Shown piece by piece: positions 24,110-36,989 of a stretch of 64,000 bases of DNA (its first letter is position 1; each line of letters opens with the position of its first letter). This stretch comes from Heterodontus francisci (lineage: Eukaryota). A program made the translations under genes and the position numbers. Below the pieces are notes generated by a model. That model was not told where the DNA came from, searched no databases, and worked only from the letters and a program-made list of their open reading frames with translations. Where the stretch lies: the NCBI RefSeq assembly GCF_036365525.1, contig NC_090382.1, positions 80,491,223 through 80,555,222 of the forward strand, written 5' to 3'.

Positions 24110-27100
24110 GGGGAGGTGGTGGCGTAGTGGTATTATCACTGGACTAGTAACCCAGAGACCCGGGGTATTGATCTGGAGACATGGGTTTGAATCCCACCAC
24201 ATCAGAAGGTGGAATTGGAATTTATAATTAATACATCTGGAATTAAAAGCTAGTCTAATGATGGCCATGAAACCATTGTCGATTGTTGTAAAAACCCATC
24301 TGGTTCACTGACGTCCTTTAGGGAAGGAAATCTGCTGTCCCTACCTGGTCTGGCCTACATGTGACTCCAGACCCACAGCAATGTGGTGAACTCTTACATG
24401 CCCTCTGAAATGGCCTAGTAAGCCACTCAGTTGTGCCTAACTGCTACGAAGTCAATAAAAAGGAATGAAACCGGACAGACCACCCAGTATCGACCAAGGC
24501 ACCGGAAACGACAATGGCAAACCCAGCCCTGTCGACCCTGCAAAGTCCTCCTTACTAACATCTGGGGCTTGTGCCAAAGTTGGGAGAGCTGTCCCACAGA
24601 CGAGTCAAGCAACAGCCTGATTCTGTGAGTATGACTGTCGCAGACACTGCAATCGTTATCCCTGGATGTGACCTGTCCCACCGGCAGGACAGACCCAGCA
24701 GAGGTGGCGGGATAGTGGTGTACAGTAGGGAGGGAGTTGCCCTGGGAGTCCTCAACATCAACTCCGGAATCCATGAAGTCTCATGGCATCAGGTCAAACA
24801 TGGGCAAGGTAACCTCCTACTGATTACCACCTACCGCCCTCCCTCAGCTGATGAGTCAGTACTCCTCCATGTTGGACATCACTTGGAGAAAGCACTGAGG
24901 GTGGCAAGGGCACAAAATGTACTCTGGGTGGGGGACTTCAATGTCCATCACCAAGAGTGGCTTGGCAGCACCACTACTGACCGAGCACTAAAAGGGACAT
25001 ATCTGCTAGACTGGGTCTGCAGCAGGTGGTGGGGGAACCAATACGAGGGAAAAACATACTTGACCTTGTCCTCACCAATCTGCCTGCCGCAGATGCTTCT
25101 GTCCATGACTGTATTGGTGGGAGTGACCACCGCACAGTCCTTGTGGAAACGAAGTCCCGCCTTCACATTGAGGATACTGTCCATCGTGTTGTGTGGCACT
25201 ATCACCGTGCTAAATGGGATAGATTTCAAACAGATCTAGCAATGCAAAACTGGGCATCCATGAGGCACTGTGGGCCATCAGCAGCAGCAGAATTGTACTC
25301 AACCACAATCTGTAACCTCATGGCCCGACATATCCCCCACTCTACTATTACCATCAAGCCAGGAGACCAACCCTGGTTCAATGAAGAGTGCAGGAGGGCA
25401 TGCCAGGAGCAGCACCAGGCACCTCAAAATGAGGTGTCAACTTGGTGAAGCTACAACCCAGGACTATATACTTGTATGCCAAACTGCATAAGCAGCATGC
25501 AATAGAGAGAGCTAAGCGATCCCATAACCAACGGATCAGATCTAAGCTCTGCAGTCCTGCCACATCCAGTCGTGAATGGTGGTGGACAATTAAACAACTA
25601 ACTGGAGGAGGTAGCTCCACAAATATCCCCATCCTCAATGATGAGGGAGCCCAGCACGTCAGTACGAAAGATAAGGCAGAAGCATTTGCAACAATCTTCA
25701 GCCAGAAGTGCTGAGTTGAAGATCCAGACTTCAGCCAATTCAATTCACTCCGCGTGATATCAAGGAACGACTGAAGGCACTGGATACTGCAAAGGCTATG
25801 GGCCCTGACAATATTCCGGCAATAGTACTGATGACCTGTGCTCCAGAACCTGCCACATGCCTAGCCAAGCTGTTCCAGTATAACTACAACACTGGCATCT
25901 ACCTGGCAATGTGGAAAATTGCCCAGGTATGTCCTGTACACAAAAATCAGGACAAGTCCAACCCGGCCAATTACTGCCCCATCAGTCTACTCGCAATCAT
26001 CAGTAAAGTGATGGAAGGTGTCATCAACAGTGCCATCAAGCGGCACTTGCTTAGCAATAATCTGCTCAGTGATGCTCAGTTTGGGTTCTGCCAGGGCCAC
26101 TCAGCTCCTGACCTCATTACAGCCTTGGTTCAAACTTGGACAAAAGAGCTGAACACAAGAGGTGAGGCGAGAGTGACTGCCCTTGACATCAAGGCAGTAT
26201 TTGACAGAGTATGGCATCAAGGAGCCCTAGCAAAACTGGAGTTATTGGAAATCAGGGGGAAAACTCTCTGCTGGTTGGAGTCATACCTAGCACAAAGGTA
26301 TGTGGTTGTTGGAGGTCAATCATCTGAGCTCCAGGACATCACTGCAGGAGTTCCTCAGGGTAGTGTCCTCGGCCCAACCATCTTCAGCTGCTTCATCAAT
26401 GACCTTCCTTCAATCATAAGGTCTGAAGTGGGGATGTTTGCTAATGATTGCACAATGTTCCGCACCATTTGCGACTCCTCAAATACTGAAGTAGTCCGTG
26501 TAGAAATGCAGCAAGACCTGAACAATATCCAGGCTTGGGCTGATAAGTGGCAAGTAACATTTGCGCCACACAAGTGCCAGGCAATGACTATCTCCAACAA
26601 GAGAGAATCTAACCATCTCCCCTTGACATTCAACGGTATTACCATTGCTGAATCCTCCACTATCAACATCCTAGGGGCTACCATTGAGCAGAAACTGAAC
26701 TGCAGTAGCCATATAAATACCGTGACTACAAGAGCCGGTCAGAGGCTAGGAATCCTACGTAGAGTAACTCACCTCCTGACTTCCCAAAGCCTGTCCACCA
26801 TCTACAAGGCACAAATCAGGAGTGTGATGGAATACTCTCCACTTGCCTGGATGGGTGCAGCTCCAACAACACTCAGGAAGTTTGACACCATCCAAGACAA
26901 AGCAGACCGCTTGATTGGCACACCATGCACAAACATTCACTCCCTCCACTACCGATGCACAGTGGCAGCAGTGTGTACCATCTACAAGATGCACTGCAGC
27001 AATGCACCAAGGCTCCTTAGACAGCACCTTCCAAACCCGTGACCTCTACCACCTCGAAGGACAAGAGCAGCAGATGCATTTGAACACCACCACCTGCAAG

Positions 27101-27326
27101 TTCCCCTCCAAGTCACACACCATCCTGATTTGAAACTATATCGCCACTCATTCACTGTCGTCAAAATCCTGGAACTCCCAAACAGCACTTGGGTGTACCT
27201 ACCTCACATGGACTGCAGCGGTTCAAGAAGGCAGCTCACCACCACCTTCTCAAGGGCAATTAGAGATGGGCAATAAATACTGGCATAGCCAGTGACATCC
27301 ACATCTCATGAATGAATAAAAAAAAA
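24110..27326 (+). mobile_element. Near full-length CR1-group LINE (APE + RT, frameshifted) with tRNA-like 5' head and no apparent ORF1
   Basis: A box 24120-24130 and B box 24184-24194. APE motifs (LLTNIWGL, GDFNVHH, GSDH) and RT motifs (GVPQGSVLGP, FAND in place of FADD). A-rich tail. Confidence 0.9.
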
Positions 27327-27769
27327 CTCCCACTGTTCTTAATTGGACAGCGAACGTGGAGGCAGCCAATTAGAGCCTACCTCACGTAAAGTTACACCGA
27401 TGCGTGCCTTGATGACAAGCCCAAGCTCGAGACCCACATATGGTTCCGACATCGGGTTCCCAACGCCTGCAGGAAAATTCAGCCCAATATGTGCAAGTTG
27501 GAAACTGGATACAGCTGAACTTAATTTAAACAGTTGCACTTTGATGAACTTTGGTAGAGGTGTTATGTTTTGTTTTTATGATGGCAATTAATCTCGAAAC
27601 AACCATTTGACAGCTCATGTTGTGATTGACTATGAATGATCTGTCAAGCTTGCATAAAAGTAAGAAAACAGTATGAATAGACAAACGAGGTTTGTAATGA
27701 CTTACTTTATAAGCATGTTTGTGCGCTTGACCTTGCAATATACTCTATTCTTAAAACAGTATCACAATT

Positions 27770-28450
27770 ATGGCAAAGTGACAACTGGTAGCACTCTCAC
27801 ATTTAGGATAGTAAGATGTCGGTTCAAATCCCACCCCAGATATAAACACAAAAATCTAGGTTGACAGTACAGTACCGAGAGAGTCCAGTGTTATTCTCCA
27901 GAAAGCTTGTTATGGAAGGATAATGCTGGAGCCTCTCTTTACTTAGTTTCACATTTATTGTACAGAATAAAAGGGATTACAAACAGAATAAAGAGATCAC
28001 TCAAAACCCTCCACCAGGCTCAGTAAGTGTCTACTTCTCAGTGCTCAAGTAAGACCCCAATTAACACCCTCCACCTGCATATAATCAAACAATTGATACA
28101 CAATTAACAGATTAACATGTTGCACCATCAGAGATGCTGTCTTTTGGATGAGAAGTTAAACCAAAACCCTGTCTGACCTCTCTGGTGGATGTAAAAGAGT
28201 CCTTGATACTCGTTAAAAGAGCAGGGGACTTCCCGCCGGAGTCCTGGCCAACATTTATCCCTCAATCAACATCATTGTCAAACAGCTTATCTGATTATCA
28301 CATTGCTGTTTGTGGGACCTGCTGTGCGCGAATTGGCTGTTGTGTTTCCTACATTACAACAGTGACTACACTTCAAAAGTACTTCATTGGTTGTAATTTG
28401 CTTTGGGACTGAGGTTGTGAAAGATGCTATATAAATGCAAATCTTTCTTG
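27770..28450 (+). mobile_element. Deu-domain SINE (SacSINE1/AmnSINE1-like) split by a solo LTR
   Basis: B box GGTTCAAATCC, Deu core (cacattgctgtttgtgggaccttgctgtgcg) and L2-like tail ending aaatgcaaatctttctt. Confidence 0.75.
27889..28117 (-). mobile_element. Short solo LTR, same family as 435-658
   Basis: TGTTA...TTAACA termini. Reverse-complement homology to 435-658. Confidence 0.78.
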
Positions 28451-29279
28451 TCCTTCTTTGATTCAATGGTAAAATGATCCACTACTTCTCTCTCATCAAA
28501 CAAAAATTTATCAAAGATTTTTCACAAAGATAATGACAAAAAATGAAGCATGCATTATTTTATTAATTGGATTACAGTATATGCAAGTTTAAATTTAGTT
28601 ATGTCTGTTGATTTCCTAAGCTGCAGAAAATATACATTACAATTTGGGTTGCAACAGGGTCACTTCAGAAGAAGCAATTTGTGCAGCCCATCTGCTTAGT
28701 GCCATTATATTCAATATGATCAGCTTGACAGGCTCCATAGGAGCCTCCTCCCATCTTTTTTCATCAAACCCTACCAGGATATCCTTCTATTCCTTTCTCC
28801 CATATGTGCTTATCTAGCTTCTTAAATGCATTTATGCTATTTACCTCAATTTTCCCTTGTGGTAGCGCTTTACAACAACTTTTTGAGTAGTTTCTCCTAA
28901 ATATCCTATTGGATTTATTAATGACTATCTTATATTTATGTCCTCACTTGTGAAAACATTTTTTCTATGTCTACCCTATCAACCCTTTCATTATCTTAAA
29001 GACTTCTATCAGGTTACCCCTCAGAATTCTCAGTTCTACACAAAAGAGCCCCAGCCTGTTCAGCCTTTCCTGATAAAGATATCCTCTCAGTTCTGGTATC
29101 ATCCCTGTGAATCATTTTTGCACCTTTCTCAATGCCTTTCTATCCTTTTTATACTAAAACTATTCACAGGACTCCAAACCTGGGATTTTATCCTGGCAAC
29201 GGGGGTCGCAGCATCCGGAAAAGGCGATGCTGGGAACCCCGCGCTGCCTCTGCTGTGGGAGGCCCACTGAATCTAGTGT

Positions 29280-29630
29280 CATGGGATGTGGGCATCGCTA
29301 GCAAGGCCAGCATTTCTTACCCATCCCTAATTTCCCTTGAGAAGGTGGTGGTAAGGTGCCTTCTTGAACCACTGCAACCCATCAGGTGTAGGTACACCCA
29401 CAGTGCTGTTAGGCATGTAGTTCCAAGTTTTTGACTCAGCACCAGTGAAGGTATGGTGATATAGTTCCAAGTCAGGATGCTGTGTGGCTTGGAGGGGAAC
29501 TTCCAGATGGTGGTGTTCCCATGCACCTTCCGTCCTGGTCCTTCTAGTTGGTAGAGGTCGTGGGTTTGGAAGGTGCTGTCGAAGGAGGCTTGGTGAGTTA
29601 CTGCAGCGCATCTTGTATATGGTATATGGC
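29280..29630 (-). mobile_element. 3' fragment of the 24110-family LINE
   Basis: Homologous to about 26975-27310. Confidence 0.75.
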
Positions 29631-29679
29631 TTGGTGGGGTAGATGCTGGGAGGACATTTCCCCTGGCTGTGGCTCCTAG

Positions 29680-29968
29680 AACTAAGTGTCACAGATTCAG
29701 AATAGGGGGTGGACTATTTAGGACAGAGATGTGGAGAAATTTCCTCACTCAAGGGGTTGTGGATCTTTGGAATTCCCAGAGAACTGTGAATGCTCAGTTG
29801 TTATTCAAGACAGATTGATAGCTTTTTAGATACTAAGAAAATTAAGGGAAATGGGGATAGTCCGGGATGGTGGAATGCAGGTAGAAGACGCCCCATCGTA
29901 CTGAATCTTGATCAGGTTTAAAAGGGCTGAATGGCCTCCTCATACTCCTGTTTCTTGTGTTCTCATGT
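29680..29968 (+). mobile_element. CR1 3' fragment
   Basis: ORF2 end plus tail tttcttgtgttctcatgttct. Confidence 0.6.
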
Positions 29969-30099
29969 TCTAAGCTTCAGCATGTCGATGGCTTATTCAA
30001 TAATACATCTGGAGGAGATATGGCATTCATTGTATATCTCCTGGGCCTTGTTCAAGTTTCTACGAGGTGTCACTCGCCACATTTTAAGTGGGCATTCCT

Positions 30100-30870
30100 A
30101 GTCTCTGAGCAGCCAGCTGGTAACTCTACTTCAAGGTGCAAGGAAATCAGGTAGGGTGGACTGCTGCAGGATGAAAGCATCATGGAGCTGCCCAGCAATC
30201 TTGCACCCACGAGCATAATTTATTTTGGTTACACACCAGCTGCACATTGATGAAGTGGAAGCCCTTGCAGTTGATCAATACTCCTGGGTGATCGAGGGTT
30301 GCATTATTTGCCACCTGCCTGCAGCTGATGGCGTCCTGCACATTTGGGAAGCCCACACAAGCTGAAAACCCAAGCGTCTGCTCATTCTGACTGGCATCAT
30401 CACAGGCAAAGTTCACACAATTGCTGGCCCTGGTAAACAAGCTAGCATTGAGCTGTCCTATGCATTTGCAACCCCCGACTGTGAGATCCTGCCAATGGCT
30501 TCAGAAAATCCCTGTAAGAATCCAGAAGCAAAAGGGAGGTGGTTACTTTGACAGCTAAAGCGTGGCCGCCAGGTCCAGTTGGCAGCAGGTCTTGTTCCAG
30601 CAGGCTGAAAATGTCTGCCACCACCTGACGTGACACCCTGAGCCGCCTTAGACTCTGGTGTTCCAACATGTTGAGGAAGCTTATTCTCTGCCTGTTGACC
30701 CTGTGTGTCGGGTATGGCTTCCTACAAGCTGCACCTCTCAGCTGATCCCTTCTCTGCTGTGTAGGTGCAGGTCTGTGAACAGCCAGTTACTGCTGCTGCT
30801 CCTGCTGCTGGTCAATTTAGCCCTCATCTGTGATCCAAACTAACATAGCATAAGCAGCACCCATGCTAAT
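30100..30870 (-). mobile_element. Decayed PIF/Harbinger transposase (HARBI1-like)
   Basis: LRRLRVSRQ...LLPTGPGGHALAVKVT, GFPNVQDAISC and INCKGFHFINVQLVC. Confidence 0.75.
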
Positions 30871-31399
30871 TTTGATAGATCAGACCTCCAAAGTGTAAAT
30901 GACGGCTCCAAAGAGTGTAAAGTAGCTTCCAAAGCGAGTAAAGTAACCTCTCAGCACAAGTACTATGTACAAATCCTTTCACTAGCATATAAGAAGGTAG
31001 TTGCGAGTACTCAGAACTTATTGTCATTCTTCCCTGCCAAGTCTTCAGCTCCCTCAACTGTCACAGTTTTCTTGCCTTGCTTTCACTGGTGAGTTCCAGG
31101 AAGCCCAAGAAACCCATAGACCCAAAATTAAAGTAGAAATCCCATGTTAATATCACTCTAATTGTGGGATTAGCATATGTCAATTGACAACCTGCTTCTC
31201 CCTAGGTGGTTGAGTGCATGCAGTCTGCATGAGTGAAATGCAGAAGTTGGCACGATGGTGCTGGTTTTCTCATGTGCTTTCATTTTCTCAATTTAACACT
31301 CCATTCATGCACTCTTCCAGTTTAAAATTCCCCCCAGGGTCTTATAACTGTCACATAATATAATTAAGAGCATTATACTCTAGTAATGGAGGTTATGCA

Positions 31400-32200
31400 A
31401 AGCAGGACAAGGAAGAGGGAGGGAGGAGGCAGGAGGCCATATCTGGCCAGGTTGTTCAGAGAGTAGTTCTCTTACCTGAACTTCAGTGAGGAACAATATG
31501 TGAGACATATGCACTTCAGTTAGGACCTCCACACTGAAATCTGCCAACTACTGCAGCTGCAACTGCAACCTCAGAGCAGGGCAAGATTTGCACTATGAAA
31601 ATGATCATGGCAATGGACTTTGCATTTGGCTCCTTCCAGGCTGGAGCTGGATATTTGCAACATCTCGGAGTTTGCCATCCACTGTTTTGAAAGGGTCTCT
31701 ACTGAGGCTCTCTACTCATTAAGGGCTAACTGCATTTCACTCTCTTGCTGGAGAGAAACAGGCAGAGCGAACACGTGGCTCCGCCAGAATTGCAAGCTTC
31801 CCCATGGTGCCGAGCGCCATTGACTGCATGCACATCACTTTTCAGGTGCCACTTTTCAACTCTGCCCTATACTGGATTCCTCTCCCTCAACTTCCAGCTG
31901 GTGTGTGACCATAAGCAGAGAATCATGGAAGTCAATGCCTGGTATCCTGGTAGCAGTCATAATGCCTCCATTGTGCAGCAGTACGCTGGGGCAGCTGCAT
32001 TTGAGCGACCATGAAAGTGTGGCTACTGAGTGGCAAGGGCATTCCACTGATAACTCCAGTGGGAAACCATGCACATGTACGCAGTGTGCATACAATGAAT
32101 GTCATGCTATCACATGAATTGTGATACATTCCCCCTATCTGGACTGCTGTGGAGGAGCCCTGCAGTACTCAGCAGAGTGGGTGTCAAGATTTACGGTGAG
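31400..32200 (+). mobile_element. Second decayed PIF/Harbinger transposase
   Basis: GFLSLNFQLVCDHKQRIMEVNAWYPGSSHNASI, the DDE_Tnp_4-type PGSxHD region. Confidence 0.75.
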
Positions 32201-32204
32201 TTTT

Positions 32205-32470
32205 AAAAAAAAATCGTAGATGGGATGTGTGCATCACTGGCAAGGCCAGCATTGATTGCACACCCTAATTTTTTTTAATTCATTCATGGGATGTGGGCGG
32301 CGCTGGCCAGGCCAGCATTTATTGCCCATCCCTAATTGCCCTTGAGAAGATGGTGGTGAGCCACCTTCTTGAACTGCTGCAGTGGGTGTGGTGAAGATAC
32401 TCCCACAGTGCTGTTCGGTAGCAAAAACTTGGATTTTGATCCAGCAACAATGAAGGAACAGTGCTATATT
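32205..32470 (-). mobile_element. Tandem 3' ends of the 24110-family LINE
   Basis: Two successive catgggatgtg...cagcatt(t/g)attgc tails. Confidence 0.7.
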
Positions 32471-33054
32471 TCGGCACCTGAAGCGAGAGAACCGTTAAGA
32501 TTGGCAACATGTACAATGTATAAAAACTTAATACTTCCATTTTGCTGCCATCGTTTGATGACCAGATAGGGATTTATTTATTCAGTGTAATGGGGGATAT
32601 TATAGTTTTAAAATACCGATAGGAAGGATGATGTGAGTTATTTACACTGAACTGTGGTCAAATAATTCAATTTAAAGGGCAGAAAGTAGTGTACTGTGCA
32701 GCATGTGCTCAAATTTCCAGTGTGTGCTTCCAGTGGGCAAGGCTACCTGCCTAAAGCTTAAAACTGGAAAATTACCCTTGTATTTAATTAACTAGCCACT
32801 AGCAAAATTATAGATAACTAGAATTATTTTCCTCAAAAGGACTGGTGGATATATGGACTTGATATCTAAAGAAATGCATAAGATGGCAACCAAATCCGTG
32901 AAAACAGATCTGGATCAATACCTGACTAGGACTGCGATTAAGGTTTGCAAGGATAAGTACAAAAAGGTTAATGAATGCAATATAGGACATGATGGTTCCT
33001 GAGATGCTGAATCCTTGGAAATGTATGTCATGAAAGGCAACTGATCTAGATGTA

Positions 33055-33410
33055 TAGAATCTTAGAATGGTTACAGCATAGAAGGGGGCCATTAGGCCCA
33101 TCGAGTCTATGCCACGTCTCTGCAAGAGCAATTTAACTAGTCCCACTCCCCATTTCTTTCCCCGTAGCCTACAAATGTTTTTCCTTAGGTGCTTATCCAA
33201 TTCACTTTTGAAAGGCCATGATTGAATCTGTCTCCACTACCCTTTCAGGCAGTGCATTCCAGACCCTAACCACTCCCTGTGTAAAAGCCTTTCCGCATGC
33301 TGCCTTTGGTTCTCTTGTCAATTACTTTAAAATCGGTGTTCTCTGGTTCTAAAACTCTCCAAAGAGAATAGTTTCTCCCTATCTTCCTTGTCTAAACCCC
33401 TCATGATTTT
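33055..33410 (-). mobile_element. CR1 3' fragment
   Basis: Starts with the tail tagaatcttagaatggttacagc and continues into CR1 3' UTR/ORF2 end. Confidence 0.65.
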
Positions 33411-34132
33411 GTTTCATTTACTTTTGGAGGAAAGGGCAACATTTGCTGAAATTTTTATAAGCAGTCTAAGAGTTTGCGATAGAACTGATTGTACATGGTT
33501 TCCCAGATGGAACAGACTTAATGGCTTTTCATGTTTTTTCCTTTTATATTGAAATGTAGGAAGAGGACTGTTTTAGTCAAACCAATTCAGTGAGATCTTT
33601 GGATTTTTATACAAAAGTAAAGTGAAGATGATTTTATACCTAAAGCCCTTTTGATACGAAATAACTAGGTAATGAGGATTTGTACTTTAATGGAATGTTA
33701 TCCTAAGATGGTCTGTCCAACATCTGTTTCTAAAACTGGATCAGATGGCACGCCATCGCAGTGTAAAGTTGATAGGTAATGTTTATAATTGTGCACACCC
33801 TGAGTTACTGGTCTCAACTGCGCTGTTGTGTGAAGGCAATGGATGTAGGCTTCAGTGTAAAAGAGTTGCCCATAGTTGATTCCACTTCCTGGAAGCAGCT
33901 GTGATACGTAGAGACACACATGATGGGCCGAATAGCCTCCTTCTATGCTGGAAATGACTGACAACATGTTGAAGAGGAAAATACTTTAAAAACAATTAAA
34001 AGGTACAAATAAACTACAAGAAAATCAGTTGATTTCCTGAGACAAATTATTTAATGAATGAGAAATAGCTGTGCTGGATCACCCGACTTTGGCAATTTGA
34101 AAATTTAGTGACATTTCTCTTTGAAGCAATGT

Positions 34133-34835
34133 TTTTTTTTTGTTCATTCATGGGATGTGGGCCTTGCTGGCTAGGCCAGCATTTATAGATATGACTCCAA
34201 CATGCTGCCTTGATGTCAAGGGCAGTCACTCTTACCTCACCTCTGGAGTTCATCTTTTTTGTCCATGTTTGGACAAAGGCTGGAATGTGATCAGGAGCTG
34301 AGTGGCCCTGGCAGAACCCAAACTGAGCGTCAGTGTGCAGGTTATTGCTGAGCAAGTACTGCTTGATAGCACTGTCAACAACCCTTCCATTGCTTTGCTG
34401 ATGGTAGAGAGTCGGCTGATAGGGCGGTAATTGATCAAGTTGGATTTATTCTGTTTTGTGTGTACAGGACATACTTGCGCAGTGGTTAGCACCGCAGCCT
34501 CACAGCTCCAGCAACCTAGATTCAGTTCTGGGTACTGCCTGTGTGGAGTTTGCAAGTTCTCCCCGTGTCTGCATGGGTTTTCGCCGGGTGCCCCAGTTTC
34601 CTCCCACAGCCAAAGACTTGCAGGTTGATAGGTAAATTGGGCATTGTAAATTGCCCCTAGTGTAGGTAGGTGGTAGGAGAATGGTGGGGATGTGGTAGAG
34701 AATATGGGGTTAATGTAGGATTAGTATAAATGGGTGGTTGTTGGTCGGCACAGACTCGGTGGGCCGAAGGGCCTGTTTCAGTGCTGTATCTCTAAATAAA
34801 ATTAAAAAATTTCCACATTGCCAGGTAGATGCAAA
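34133..34835 (-). mobile_element. Internally deleted 24110-family LINE fragment with a nested SINE
   Basis: DAQFGFCQGHSAPDH...TALDIKAA joined close to the 3' tail. Confidence 0.75.
34477..34808 (+). mobile_element. HE1/V-SINE-type SINE
   Basis: Same family as the other copies. Confidence 0.85.
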
Positions 34836-35494
34836 TTATCAAACTATCACGAAGTTTGCTCTCACACACTTTTTAATAAACAAATAGGTGATGATCCTTA
34901 TGGCCATATGCTCACTGTACGTACATGCATAATACATCTTAGTTTACCTGTTGACACTTCACCCACCAGTGGATATCAGCTTTAATACATGCTGAATGTA
35001 GGCAGAGTAGTTACCAAGCAGCTGGAAGGCGTAAAGGTACAATTAACAAACAAAAAGCAAGCCTTATAGGCAAAAAGAATGTATAATAAAGCATAGCAAG
35101 ATATTTGTACCCAATTCCAAATAAAACATGGACCAAACCAACTCTGGGACAATTGCCAAGTGCTGCCTGTTGTTTTAATGGCTGTGCCGTACTAAGACCG
35201 CCATCAAGTGGCAATGATATGTTAGTGACTAATTTTAAAATAGGTTTATAGTTGCTGAAAATGAGCCTAGCTATTTCCTACCTTTCCAAGTCATTCATAT
35301 TCCCATGGGGGAGCTCCATGCTTACGCTTTCAAGCTAAAAGCAACAAAACAGGTGCAAGATGCCCTGCAGCCCCAGCAGAATGTCTGAAGTGGAAGCAAA
35401 TGAAAACCAATTCACACAAAATCATTTTGCTGTCACACTGCAGTGTGCATCTTTAAGGGAAGTCTGAAATGTTGGCCACCCATCTTCAACAGAC

Positions 35495-36240
35495 GGTAAC
35501 AAAAGCAGCAAATGCTGGAAATACTCAGGTCAGGCAGCATCTGTGGAGAGAAAAACAGAGTTAACGTTTCAGGTCTGTAACTTTTCAGAGTTCTGATGAA
35601 AGGTCAGAAATATTAGAAGGGTTTGAGCAAGTGAAAGGTGGGAGGGGTGGGGGAATGAAGAACAAAAAGGAAGGTCTGTGATAGGGTGGAGGGCAGGAGA
35701 AATTAAATGACAAAAGGTTTCATGGTACAAAGCCAAAGGGAGTAGTAATGGGACATATAAAGAAACAAAAAAGATATGTCTGGATGAATTGTATATGGCG
35801 TGATTGCAGATATCTGAACACAAAGTAAAGGGATTAAGAACGAAGGAAGGGGAAAAATGAACTAGCAAAAGAAAAAAAATGGGTGCAGAGGTTATGATCT
35901 AAGATTATTGAACTCAATGTTGAGTCCGGAAGGCTGTAAAGTGCCCAGTCCAAAGATGAAGTGCTGTTCCTTGAGCTTGCGTTGAGCTTCATTGGATCAT
36001 CATAGCAGGCCAAGGACAAAATGGTCAGAGTGGGAGCAAGGTAAAGAATTGAAATGACAAGCAAAGCAGTTGACCTCCCAGCGTGGAGGAGATCACATCA
36101 TGAGCAGCGAATACAGTATACTAAATTGAAGTACAAGTAAATTGCTGTTTCACTTGGAATGAATGTTTGGGGTCTCGGACAGTAAGAAGGGAAGAGGTAA
36201 AAGGGCAAGTGTTGCATCTTCTGCGCTTGCATGGAAAAAC
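35495..36240 (-). mobile_element. Older Penelope 3' fragment
   Basis: FPCKRRRCNTCPFTSSL...FNLVYCIRCS plus 3' UTR. Confidence 0.8.
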
Positions 36241-36989
36241 AGGCAGTACCTGCACTGAGCATACCTTTGGTGGAAAAGTACAAGCGTTGCCTTCAGCAAC
36301 TCTGTTTTTTATCAAAATCAACATCTTGCCAGAATATTAACTTCAGACGCAACTGGAAGTGGTCAGTGGCCCATCTTTCACTGATACCTCTGGCCTCCAG
36401 TGCTGACTTTAAGTAGCAATTGCAAGCATAAACCAGGAAATTCTACACTATCAGATGACATGATGCTATTATTTCTTTAACAAATCACAGAATCACAATG
36501 TTACAACAATGGAGGAGGCCATTCAGCCCATCATGCCTGTGCCAACTCGCTGAACGAACTATCCACTTAGTCCTAGTCCCGTCTTTTCTGCATACCAGTT
36601 TCTGTGAAGGCACTCCAGGTTCTAATAATCCAGTAGACCATGTTTTGCTGGAGAGAGGGATCTTGCAGTGTGCTCCATGAGTTAGACTTGTTCATGCATG
36701 CTTAAGTTTTAAAATATTTTCTTGCAAAGTTGCTGGAAGTGTGAGCTGATATCAGTGCCGTGAGGGAAGCAGGTGGGACCTTGGTGGCCAATGGGGCAAA
36801 TAGTGTATCGCCTTAAACAATGAGATTAAAGAATTGAGTTCCGAGGGGAGGCACTGGCGGGGAGGGGGGAGAAGTGAAATTATCAGGGCGGGGCAGGGAA
36901 GAGGGGAAACCTTTTCTATTGGTTGTGCGGACGTTGGGAAGGGGTTGAGGGTTAAAATGTTCTGAAGGTGGGGGGATAGATGAGCGAGT

